Of a stretch of 64,000 bases of DNA, positions 19,415-28,445 are shown in pieces; the stretch's first letter is position 1; each line of letters begins with the position of its first letter. Made by a program: the position numbers and the translations under genes. Under the pieces are notes generated by a model that was given only the letters and a program-made list of their open reading frames with translations, did no database searches and was not told the DNA's origin. Source of the stretch: a virus; the IMG/VR virus record IMGVR_UViG_3300025669_000020, positions 32,001-96,000 of that record. One strand, given 5' to 3'.

Positions 19415-19705
19415 ATGAGCCTTCGCAAGAACCTCATTCGCCTCGCACACACCAACCCTGAGTTGCGCCCCCAGCTGCTCCCCATTCTGAAGGGCTCCGC
19501 CTATGATGGGAACGCTGACGGCAAGCCTATCTATGACCACGATATCGATCATGGGTACGGGCAGCCTTTGGCTGGTGGCACCGACGTGATGCGTCGTCTG
19601 CAGAACCAGTACCGGAAGGAGCAGGGTCGCCCCGAGCGCCCTGCAAACCCCGAAATCCCCAAGATGGCTTCCCGTGTTGCTCTGCGGCATCTCGACAGGA
19701 AGTAG
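19415..19705 (+). CDS. small putative head protein with LIRLA and RVALRHL motifs
   Basis: N-terminus shared with 60376..60954. Confidence 0.65.
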   Translation: MSLRKNLIRLAHTNPELRPQLLPILKGSAYDGNADGKPIYDHDIDHGYGQPLAGGTDVMRRLQNQYRKEQGRPERPANPEIPKMASRVALRHLDRK

Positions 19706-19714
19706 GAGAACACC

Positions 19715-20296
19715 ATGTCCAACAACGATGAATTCTGGGACGGTCTGATTATGGCTAGTTCCGATGTGGGGATTGGGGATGTGCACCTCCCCAATCTCAG
19801 TGAGACCACCATGAAGGGGAAGGAGATGGGGAAGGGGTTCTTCGAATCCGTCCAGAGCCTAACTCAGGCGGGAGCCGCTAAGAACGCACTCCAGCTGCCC
19901 ATCGCAGCTGGTAGTCGTGTGCGGTTCAAGGCCAACACGGGTTCCCTGTTGACCTACGAGAACCCCCCCGAGCCGAACGCCGAGGGTGATGTGGTGACTG
20001 TGCGTTCTGCCTCTGGCAACATCACTTCCCATGACGGGTTGGTGTTTGTCCAGTGGAAGGACAGGTTCATGCCTATTCACGCGGAGCACCTGGAGAAGGT
20101 GGCCAACCAGATGCGGCAGGGTAGCCCCCACCGTGTCCGCGTCGCCTGTCTCGGGGACCTCCAGGACTTCCTGAAGGTCAGCCAGGACACCCTGGTGCAC
20201 AAGGCCACCAAGGATCTGTGGTCGCTCCGTGCAGACGGAGAAGGCTTCGTTATCGAGCGGCTCTTCGACACGGAAGGGAACGCTCTACAGGTGTGA
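19715..20296 (+). CDS. hypothetical late protein (SH3-like middle domain)
   Basis: AGGAG RBS; GSRVRF..GDVVTV..VFVQW. Confidence 0.6.
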   Translation: MSNNDEFWDGLIMASSDVGIGDVHLPNLSETTMKGKEMGKGFFESVQSLTQAGAAKNALQLPIAAGSRVRFKANTGSLLTYENPPEPNAEGDVVTVRSASGNITSHDGLVFVQWKDRFMPIHAEHLEKVANQMRQGSPHRVRVACLGDLQDFLKVSQDTLVHKATKDLWSLRADGEGFVIERLFDTEGNALQV

Positions 20297-20316
20297 GACA
20301 CACGGACTGTGCGCGT

Positions 20317-20347
20317 CATTTATATGGCTATAGGCTGGCCTGGGTAG
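20317..20347 (+). promoter_or_regulatory. class B promoter-like motif CATTT-N6-CTAT-N11-GGTAG
   Basis: Spacing conserved, first box degenerate. Confidence 0.45.
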
Positions 20348-20362
20348 AACAGGGAGTCGCCC

Positions 20363-20974
20363 ATGGTTGAGAAGCCCCTTGCAGCCCGTGTTGCTTCCAG
20401 GCACCTGGAAGGACACCACAATCCGCAGACGCGGACGGCGGGTGAAGTACGCTTCATCAAGGACCGTGGTTCTGATCACAACGAGTGGGGCTGGGGAACT
20501 CCGGGCCCTTCGGAACGTGAGATCAACCATGAGTTTGTCTTCAACGCCAAGTACCTGAAGCCCCTCGCTCAGTCCCTCCGCGCTGCCCTCATGGCTCTTG
20601 GCCACACCACCAGTGCCCACACCCAGTTCGTGAAGCTCAAGAGCCGCAACGTGTCCCCTGATGGGAACCTGGGTGGCAAGGGCTACATCCAGAAGATTGC
20701 TGACATGCGCCGCCAGTTGATGAACTGCATCGAGGCGTTGTCCTCTTTCACGGATACCGTGTACGATGAGCTGGCTGCCCCTCACTGGGATCCCGCCGAA
20801 GATGTGCTCTCTCCCCGTGATCGTGATGAGGTCAAGGAAATCATCGATGATGCCGAGGAGATCAAGCTGGATCCCAAGGAATGGGCAGAGGATGAAGAGG
20901 CGGAGATGGACAGTGCCAAGGGGAACGGCGTCGGCAAAGTCGCAGCCCTCTACATGGCTCGGAGGAACGCATGA
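20363..20974 (+). CDS. putative internal head protein
   Basis: RVASRHL at N-terminus, KVAALYM at C-terminus. Confidence 0.6.
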   Translation: MVEKPLAARVASRHLEGHHNPQTRTAGEVRFIKDRGSDHNEWGWGTPGPSEREINHEFVFNAKYLKPLAQSLRAALMALGHTTSAHTQFVKLKSRNVSPDGNLGGKGYIQKIADMRRQLMNCIEALSSFTDTVYDELAAPHWDPAEDVLSPRDRDEVKEIIDDAEEIKLDPKEWAEDEEAEMDSAKGNGVGKVAALYMARRNA

Positions 20975-23751
20975 GCAATGACAAGCACCTCGATGTGCTG
21001 GGCGAATCCCATCTCCCGGATGACATCTGGACCCCTACAGAGGGTGAGAACTATGGGCTCGATGGATACCCTGACATGGACTACGGTTCAGGGGTACTCC
21101 ACGGGAATCCCAACGTCTCCGAGACAGTCCCCCGTATGGACGAGGGTGTTCTTGCAGACATCGTAGACGGTGCTCCTGATGGGCAGGTGTTTGGCCCCTT
21201 GGGTGACATCGCGGATATGATGAAGCAATCCTCTCTCCCAGACCTGACTTGGCTGGAAGTAGATGAGCAGGATGCCACCAGGCTCCCCGTCAATCCCGTT
21301 GACCAGAGCATCCCCGAGCTGGAAGAGGCTTGGGGTGTAGACCGCCGTTCTGATGGTGTCCACCTGATCCCCAATGTGGATCTGGAGAAGGCAGCCTATG
21401 AAAAGGCTCTCAAGGATGGCGATGTACGCCCTGTCCGCACCAGAGCCGCACTCCTGAACATTGTGCGGAAGGCCATGCGACGCTCCGCCGCCGGCGTCCC
21501 CTTCGAGGACATCGAGGCAGAGGTTCAGGAGACCCTGGGAGACGATCTCCCCCTGGTGCAGAAGCACCTCCAGCTCATCCGTGATGGGCATGACCTCTCA
21601 GGGCGTGTCTTCATCCATGCAGACGCCTACCCGGGTTGTGCCAATGGGGACTGGACAGAGGCAGTCAAGAAGGTGGCTTCGGGCTCCCGCTATGTGGTAG
21701 CCGGTTCCTCCTGTGCCAACTGCGTTCAGAACCTCAGTGGTTCCTGCTCTGTGTTCAAGAAGAAGCTCGTAGCTTCTGTCCCCTGGGACGATGCCTTGGA
21801 GCATTACAGTCCTGAGCTGGAAGCAGCAGGCCGCAAGGTCGCTTCCGGCAACCCCAAGGCAGCCTTGAGGGCAGCCTTCGCCCAGGCCCCCGAGGGCATG
21901 GGATTCATCCAGAGGCACAAGCCTGTACACGTCACCCCCTCCGAGCGTATCTCCGCAGAGGAGGCTCACCGTGAGGTGCAGGCTGCCAAGACTGAGCGCC
22001 GGGTCTACACCCCCGCTGACAAGCAAGAAGCTCGGAAACTCCATGCTGCCCGTATCCGGGTAGCTCGCTGGGTTCAGCAGGGCCTCTTGGACAAGACGGC
22101 AGCTACCCGGATCGTGGCCCAGGCCAACCCCAAGGTCATGCTGGAGCAGGCAGTTTCCCGCATGGTGGCTTCCAACGGTTCCGCTGCGTACTCGGGCCTG
22201 GTGAATGACACCCGTGCTCCTGACATGGCGGGAGACGAGGCGTGGGAGCGTCTTGGTTCCGTGGCACCTCTCCCAGCGGTCAAGCTGTCCCGTGCTCAGG
22301 TGCACAAGCAGATCGCAAGGTGGGCTCGCACTGGACTCCTGGACAAGGGCTCTGTGCAGAAGCTGGCCCGCTCCCTGGCAGAACCCCGTGATGTCCTGCG
22401 GACAGCGGCGATCCTGGCCTCCGCAACTACCACAGGTGAATACTCGGGTGCGGTCAACAACATGCACGGCACCGAGGTCTCACAGGACCATGCGTGGAAG
22501 CTTCTCCGTGAAGCAGAGGACCATGCAGCCAAGGCAACAGCAGCCATCGTGGCTGAAGTTGAGCGCCGCGAGTTCCAGGCGTCCCGCGCTGGGAAGCACA
22601 TGGCCCGTGTGCAGGTGAAGGTGGCGAAGATCGAGGAAGCCATCAACCGTGGTGTGGTGGGAAGAAATCTCCTGAATCTCATTCAGGAGACCATCCGTCC
22701 CGACGATCACGACATGGCAATCCCTCTCCTGGATCCCATCCTTCAGCGGACTGGTGCTCTGGAGAAGGAGATCCAGACCGTCCATGACTACTCCGGTGTG
22801 GATAACAAGCGGGCATCCGAGGATGTCACCTCCGCGGATGCCTGGAAGCATTTGTTCACGACTGCCGATGTGGCTCAGCAGAAGGCAGCCAGGATTCAGG
22901 AGTCCCGTACCGCGAGGGTTTCTCTCACCATCGAACGCAAGGTCGTCCAGGTCAAGGAGGCTATCGAGCGTGGTGCAAGAGGGCAGGCCCTCCGTAAGAT
23001 CATCGCCCGCACCTTCCTGAAGGATGAGATTCCCCAGGCAGCCACTTTGCTGAACCCTCTCCTTGAGAAGACGGGGGCTCTGTCGGAGTCCTCTACTCAG
23101 GAATACCAGGGTGCCAAGTTCGAGCGGGCTGTGGGTCGTAAGGCCGAAGCTGTCCCACTCCCGAAGGAAGTGCGCGGTGTGCTTCGCTGGGCCCGGCAGA
23201 AGATGTCGGAAGGCAACGTCGGAAACCAGCTGGATGAGCTGTTGTCGATGCGGTTCTCTCCCCGTGTGCTCACAGCCGCGCAGGGAGCCCTCCAGGATGC
23301 CCGTGGGCGTCACGAAGGGCTCGCAGGCATACTCTATGTGGATGCGTCCGCCTATGCCTCAGAGAGGGGCACAAAGGGTTGTGAGCACGGTGCCGTCAAG
23401 CACCGCGCCAATACCCTGAAGGCTGTTCTGCAGATGGACAGGTGTGCTTCCTGCTCCCTGCGGAATGTAGGCTCCGATGGCACACCCCGTTGCCAGACCT
23501 ACAAGAAGGCTCTGATCTCCGAGCTTACACCAGAGGAAGCCTCGGGTCTCCAGGCGGAGAACATCCGCATGGCCAATGCCCCTGACCAGGAAGTCACAGC
23601 CTCTCTGTTCACTCCCATGGGCAACCTGTTCAACCAGGCGGAGTTCAGCTTGAGCAGCGGTGAGTATGACGACATTTCGGTCGAAGATGCTCCTGACATC
23701 AAGAAGCTGGGTGACGTGCTCTTTGGTGGTTTGCACCTGTCAGAGGACTGA
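20971..23751 (+). CDS. large repeat-containing late protein with two Cys-rich domains (putative prohead/core protein)
   Basis: Internal repeats and many KVA/RTA sites. Confidence 0.6.
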   Translation: MSNDKHLDVLGESHLPDDIWTPTEGENYGLDGYPDMDYGSGVLHGNPNVSETVPRMDEGVLADIVDGAPDGQVFGPLGDIADMMKQSSLPDLTWLEVDEQDATRLPVNPVDQSIPELEEAWGVDRRSDGVHLIPNVDLEKAAYEKALKDGDVRPVRTRAALLNIVRKAMRRSAAGVPFEDIEAEVQETLGDDLPLVQKHLQLIRDGHDLSGRVFIHADAYPGCANGDWTEAVKKVASGSRYVVAGSSCANCVQNLSGSCSVFKKKLVASVPWDDALEHYSPELEAAGRKVASGNPKAALRAAFAQAPEGMGFIQRHKPVHVTPSERISAEEAHREVQAAKTERRVYTPADKQEARKLHAARIRVARWVQQGLLDKTAATRIVAQANPKVMLEQAVSRMVASNGSAAYSGLVNDTRAPDMAGDEAWERLGSVAPLPAVKLSRAQVHKQIARWARTGLLDKGSVQKLARSLAEPRDVLRTAAILASATTTGEYSGAVNNMHGTEVSQDHAWKLLREAEDHAAKATAAIVAEVERREFQASRAGKHMARVQVKVAKIEEAINRGVVGRNLLNLIQETIRPDDHDMAIPLLDPILQRTGALEKEIQTVHDYSGVDNKRASEDVTSADAWKHLFTTADVAQQKAARIQESRTARVSLTIERKVVQVKEAIERGARGQALRKIIARTFLKDEIPQAATLLNPLLEKTGALSESSTQEYQGAKFERAVGRKAEAVPLPKEVRGVLRWARQKMSEGNVGNQLDELLSMRFSPRVLTAAQGALQDARGRHEGLAGILYVDASAYASERGTKGCEHGAVKHRANTLKAVLQMDRCASCSLRNVGSDGTPRCQTYKKALISELTPEEASGLQAENIRMANAPDQEVTASLFTPMGNLFNQAEFSLSSGEYDDISVEDAPDIKKLGDVLFGGLHLSED

Positions 23752-23823
23752 GTTCCCCAAGGGCTCCCAGTTTCCTTTCAAACGCCTTGAAATTACGGGT
23801 AATTGCAGGTTTGTAAGGTTTCG

Positions 23824-23854
23824 CGGTAGAATCTCTATCTACAAAGGTAGGTGG
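23824..23854 (+). promoter_or_regulatory. class B promoter-like motif CGGTA-N6-CTAT-N11-GGTGG
   Basis: Recurrent motif. Confidence 0.6.
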
Positions 23855-23865
23855 AGGCTTCCATC

Positions 23866-24750
23866 ATGGCCAAGCAGATTTCAGCACAGCCCGAGTTCAA
23901 CATCCTGGTAGCAAACCTTGAGGGTGGGGGTGATCCCAGCCAGGGTACTACGGGAAACCCCGTAAAGATTCGGACGGGGTTCACACGGCAGCTGTTCCCC
24001 GAGCGGGGAGCAGGCAGCCAGGAGCCTCGTGCTCTGAGTCTCAAGACTCCGGGTTTGGGGACGAAGCAGGGTCTTGTGGAGTACACCACCGCGGGCATCC
24101 CCGTTCCCTGCTCCGCCACGGTCACGGTTTCCAGCTCAGTGTTCACGGACCCCGCGATTCTCTATGTAGGGGACTACACCGTCACCTCCGGTGAGGACTT
24201 CGCTGTTGCGGGGACTGCATATGTAGGTGAGGACATCACCAACACGCCTCCTAATGGTGCCTTGGTGGTCTTCTCAACAGCGGGGCCCAACCTCATCAAC
24301 GTCCCCGCCAACCTTCCCATCACACCAGGTTCCGTAACTATCCGCTGGACTTCAGGTGCGGGCAGGACTCAGCTCGATGATGGTGCAGGTGGGTTCACGG
24401 GTGATGGAGTTCCTGGTAGCTCTACCATTGACTACGTCACAGGAGCAATTACCGTGGACACCACGGGTCTTCCTCCTGCCGGCGGTACATTCATCCTCGT
24501 CAACTACACCGCTCTGACAGCAGGCGACACCGCTCTTTTGTTGGCAGCCGCCATCACCGCTCTTCCCAGTTTCACAGCCACGGCTCTTGCTGCTGTCGTC
24601 ACTGTGGTGGGCCCCGCTGGACCCTCCGGGAACAACCTCCTGTTGGAGGGGTACTACACAGGGGTGGTGACCAACTACACATTCAATCCCACCAACGGCT
24701 TCTTTGGGTCGGCGGAGCCCACGATTGGGCCCCCCACCATTCTGACGTAG
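23866..24750 (+). CDS. virion structural protein
   Basis: PITPGSVTI..DDGAGGF..TIDYVTGAI is a pattern typical of phage structural beta-domains; T/G-rich. Confidence 0.6.
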   Translation: MAKQISAQPEFNILVANLEGGGDPSQGTTGNPVKIRTGFTRQLFPERGAGSQEPRALSLKTPGLGTKQGLVEYTTAGIPVPCSATVTVSSSVFTDPAILYVGDYTVTSGEDFAVAGTAYVGEDITNTPPNGALVVFSTAGPNLINVPANLPITPGSVTIRWTSGAGRTQLDDGAGGFTGDGVPGSSTIDYVTGAITVDTTGLPPAGGTFILVNYTALTAGDTALLLAAAITALPSFTATALAAVVTVVGPAGPSGNNLLLEGYYTGVVTNYTFNPTNGFFGSAEPTIGPPTILT

Positions 24751-24758
24751 GAGGTTTC

Positions 24759-25412
24759 ATGCCTACCACTCAGCAGATTCTTGCTACGCTCCCCTCGGAC
24801 ACTACTCGTGTCCAGGTGCAGAACACTATGGGCAAGACCAAGTACAAGGCCCCTTCCGAGGTGCTGCCTTCTGATACGATCCAGTTCAACAGTGCTGGTG
24901 ACCCCATTGTGATGACTAGCCTCCCTGGTCGCCGCCCGCAGGCTGCCCCGCAGGCTATCAATACTGCCACCGCAGCGGTAGTGCAGCACAAGGAAGACAG
25001 CATGAAGAAGGACCCCCTTCTTCGGTCTGTCACGGACGACCCACACAGTCTAGAAGTGCTGGACGGCATCATCACGGGCATCTCCGAGGAAGCTGCCTCC
25101 TTGCACTTCGAGCGTCAGGAAGCAGACCGTCGCGGGAATGAAACCAGCAAGATTTCCTTGCGGCGTGTCAATGCCCTGAAGGCAGCAGCCGACGTGTACC
25201 TGAAGCGTCGTGAACAGCTGTCCTCCGGGGTGGTGGATCTGGATGGGCCCGCTTTCGAGAAGGTCTTCCTGTTCATCATCGAGACCATCCGTAACAGCAT
25301 GACTGAGTCAGGAGTGCCCTACGAGCAGGTGGATGCTCTGTTCTCCAAGGTTGCCAAGCAGTTCGATGCAGGGTGGCAGGCGGAGGCCCGAGTCCGCATG
25401 GCTCAGAAGTAG
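24759..25412 (+). CDS. probable terminase small subunit
   Basis: Helical 217-aa ORF directly upstream of terL; assignment by synteny only. Confidence 0.45.
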   Translation: MPTTQQILATLPSDTTRVQVQNTMGKTKYKAPSEVLPSDTIQFNSAGDPIVMTSLPGRRPQAAPQAINTATAAVVQHKEDSMKKDPLLRSVTDDPHSLEVLDGIITGISEEAASLHFERQEADRRGNETSKISLRRVNALKAAADVYLKRREQLSSGVVDLDGPAFEKVFLFIIETIRNSMTESGVPYEQVDALFSKVAKQFDAGWQAEARVRMAQK

Positions 25413-25420
25413 GCTACACC

Positions 25421-27772
25421 ATGGCACTTTCTGATCTGGTTCTAGGCGCAGGGCGCATGAAAACCGGGGAGTCCCGTACTCCCACGGACATCATCACGTT
25501 TATCGAGGCCCCTTGGGGCCTCGATATGAAGCTGTACCCTGTGCAGAGGGTCATCCTCAAAGCCCACTACGGCATGGGTTTGGATGACAACCCTTTGGGG
25601 TTCCCTCTTGACGATCCGATCCCCGAGGATCACCCGCACTACGACCCCAAGTGGTTTGACATCAATCCCCGTGCGGCACAGAACACCATCGAGATCACGA
25701 ACCCGTTGACGATCCCTGACGGGGCAGACATCACCCTGGTAGACCACACAGGTGCTGCCATCTTTTTCAGGGAGGGTGTCCACTGGTCCCGCCAGGGGTC
25801 TGTTGCTGATGTGACAGCATCCATCATACAGACGCTGAGGGACAATGTCCCGGACACATTCACGGTAGATGATACGGATTACGGGCGTATCAAGGTGCTA
25901 AGCAAGGGGTATAGCATCGAAGGGAATGCTGCGGATATGCAGCTGACGCCTTGTGCTGGTTGGAGGGTGGGGCTCCCCGCCTTGGAGACGGATCAGGAGG
26001 GGTATGAGCAGCACCACCACCGCTTCTTTGCGGGTGAGGGCGGCTTCTACAAGTACCGCATCCCCATCTCTGACTGGCGTCGTGAGAACGCTCGTGTGTA
26101 CACGGAGGCAGGGTATCTCAAGTACCTGCATAGTGAGAATCGCTGCAACGTAGCAGAGATCATCCCGGGGCAGGAACGTCGTGAGATGGTTCTTTCCATT
26201 GGGCGTCGTTCTGGCAAGACGCTCCTGACTTCCTGCATCCTGGCCTATGAGACATACAAGCTGTTGCTCAAGGGCAACCCGCAGAAGCATTACGGCTCCA
26301 GCCAGTCCAACGTCATCCAGCTCATCAGTGTTGCTACTGACAAGGATCAGGCAGGGCTTCTCTACCAGGAGGCCGCCGGACATTTTGGAAAATGCGATTT
26401 CTTTGCAGCCTATATGGCGAACGCCACCCAGAGCTTCGCTACGTTCCAGACCCCTTTCGACATTGAACGCTACGGCTCCTACGCGGAGAACCAGAAGGCC
26501 CGCTACTCGGTCAAGGTCACCTTCAAGAGCTGTGTGGCCAAGGGGCTTCGCGGTGGTGCCAACATCCTGGTTGCCTTGGATGAGGTTGCTCACTTCACAG
26601 ACAAGGGTCAGTCCTCCGCAGAATCTGTCTACCAGGCAGTAGAGCCCTCTACCCGAACCTTCTCTCCGAAGGACCCCAACAACGCCACCCGTTCCGTGGG
26701 CCAGAACGAGGGTCGGATCATCATGATCTCGTCCCCTCTGGGCAAGCAGGGGCTCTTCTACAAGAGCTACCAGATCGGCTACACCAGTGGTCGTGCTGCC
26801 AAGAACATGCTCTGTATCCAGGCACCAACATGGGAGGTCAACCCCACGGTGCCCGCAGGGACGTTTGAGTCTTCCTACCTCAAGGATGCCCGTGTGTTCG
26901 ACACGGAGTTCGGGGCGAAGTTCACGGACAGGTCTTCAGGCTGGATCGAGGACAAGAGAGATCTCCTTGACTGTGTGACCCCATCGCTGAGACCCAAGCA
27001 GAAGGCCCGTCCTCGTGAGCCTCACTTCCTGGGACTCGATGTGGGTCTTGTAGGGGATGGTTCCGCTGTGGCTATCGGGCATGTGGATGATAATAAGAAT
27101 GTCGTCCTGGATTTCATTGAACAGATCAAGGCTGGGGAAGGGCGGTTCGAGCACTTGGAGCGGTTGGAGTTCACGGATGTTGCGGACTGGGTTTATGACC
27201 TCTCCCGGAGGTTCTACATCTCGGAGGGGATCTTTGACCAGTGGGCAGGTATTCCCATGGAGCAGGCACTGGCTGCCCGCGGTCTCAAGCAGCTGAAGTC
27301 TGTGTTTTTCACGAAGCCCAAGAGCAGTGAGATATTCCAGAACTTCAAGAACATGATGTACGACAAACGGCTTTCACTGTTCAACTACCCTCTCAAAGAG
27401 GGGGAGGAACATTGTGACTACCTCAAGGAACTGCTGACCCTCCAGGCTGAATACCAGTCCAAGTACATCACGGTGGTGGCTGCTCCCAACACTCAAGGCA
27501 TGCACGATGATATGTCCGATGCCCTTGTTCGTATGGTGTGGGTTGGTTCCCAGCACATGGGCAAGATGTTGGCGGTTGGCAATTACATCGGTGGGCAAAT
27601 GGGTGGGAAGGGTCCGAGGCGTAGTTCACTCACGGATCGGATGGCCACCCGGCAGAAAGCTCTTTTGGGTGGGAGCCATCCAGATCGTCAGGTGCGTCGT
27701 AGCAAGAAAAACATCATGGGCATGCCCGTGGGTGCGACACGGGGTGTGAACCCCAGAACACGTCGGGGATAA
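25421..27772 (+). CDS. terL: terminase large subunit with N-terminal insertion
   Basis: LYPVQ, GRRSGKT, VALDEVAH, ISSP, nuclease LGLDVG and HDDMSDA. Confidence 0.93.
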   Translation: MALSDLVLGAGRMKTGESRTPTDIITFIEAPWGLDMKLYPVQRVILKAHYGMGLDDNPLGFPLDDPIPEDHPHYDPKWFDINPRAAQNTIEITNPLTIPDGADITLVDHTGAAIFFREGVHWSRQGSVADVTASIIQTLRDNVPDTFTVDDTDYGRIKVLSKGYSIEGNAADMQLTPCAGWRVGLPALETDQEGYEQHHHRFFAGEGGFYKYRIPISDWRRENARVYTEAGYLKYLHSENRCNVAEIIPGQERREMVLSIGRRSGKTLLTSCILAYETYKLLLKGNPQKHYGSSQSNVIQLISVATDKDQAGLLYQEAAGHFGKCDFFAAYMANATQSFATFQTPFDIERYGSYAENQKARYSVKVTFKSCVAKGLRGGANILVALDEVAHFTDKGQSSAESVYQAVEPSTRTFSPKDPNNATRSVGQNEGRIIMISSPLGKQGLFYKSYQIGYTSGRAAKNMLCIQAPTWEVNPTVPAGTFESSYLKDARVFDTEFGAKFTDRSSGWIEDKRDLLDCVTPSLRPKQKARPREPHFLGLDVGLVGDGSAVAIGHVDDNKNVVLDFIEQIKAGEGRFEHLERLEFTDVADWVYDLSRRFYISEGIFDQWAGIPMEQALAARGLKQLKSVFFTKPKSSEIFQNFKNMMYDKRLSLFNYPLKEGEEHCDYLKELLTLQAEYQSKYITVVAAPNTQGMHDDMSDALVRMVWVGSQHMGKMLAVGNYIGGQMGGKGPRRSSLTDRMATRQKALLGGSHPDRQVRRSKKNIMGMPVGATRGVNPRTRRG

Positions 27773-27778
27773 TAGACA

Positions 27779-28024
27779 ATGCGGCAGTCACCCACCTCTC
27801 CAGTCAACGCACATCATCGGATGATGCTCTCTCTGCTCAAGGGCACAGTTTTCGCGCCTACCCCGGAGGAGTTGGAGAAGGTTTCCAGGGTGTTTGTGCG
27901 TGCTGGGGGCTCCTGGGAGCATTTGTTCAAGGGTGCTGTGAAGGACACGACACTCCTACGTAAGGTTTTGAAGATTGCCCGTAAGAAGGGTCTCCTAAGC
28001 AAAACGTCCAATTGGGCTGAGTGA
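27779..28024 (+). CDS. hypothetical protein
   Basis: 81-aa ORF in operon. Confidence 0.55.
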   Translation: MRQSPTSPVNAHHRMMLSLLKGTVFAPTPEELEKVSRVFVRAGGSWEHLFKGAVKDTTLLRKVLKIARKKGLLSKTSNWAE

Positions 28025-28061
28025 TGGGTATGGTCTTGGATACGTCTGAGAGGTTTCATAC

Positions 28062-28445
28062 ATGGCACGACTTCGCAAAGGCTCCTTGGCATCTCCCGCT
28101 GATAGGGAGATTCTGGGCCATGTGGCAGCAGCGGAGAGGGCCCTTCGCAAGGCTTTGGATGCTTGTGTCCTAGCTAAGAGGCAATCTCGGTCCCCAGGCA
28201 GCAATCTCCGTATGGCCCGCGTGATCAGAACACAGCGGGATCTACATCGGGTGATGGCGGCTCTGTCAAATGTGCATCGCATCGTACCCCTTCATGACAT
28301 GGGCGAGCAGGATCCGGGTGAGCTGGATCGTGATCTCATGTCCCCAGAAGAGCGTGCAGCCTTTGATGCTGTGGAAGACCAGCGAGAGGACTTGTTGGCA
28401 GCAGTAGCAGAGAAGTTGACGGCAGCCTGGGAGAGTGCTGAATGA
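28062..28445 (+). CDS. hypothetical protein
   Basis: GAGG RBS, ATGA overlap with portal. Confidence 0.6.
   Translation: MARLRKGSLASPADREILGHVAAAERALRKALDACVLAKRQSRSPGSNLRMARVIRTQRDLHRVMAALSNVHRIVPLHDMGEQDPGELDRDLMSPEERAAFDAVEDQREDLLAAVAEKLTAAWESAE

Noticed and set aside
25580-26050. Intein in the terminase
   Set aside because: No Cys/Ser start block or HN-[CST] end
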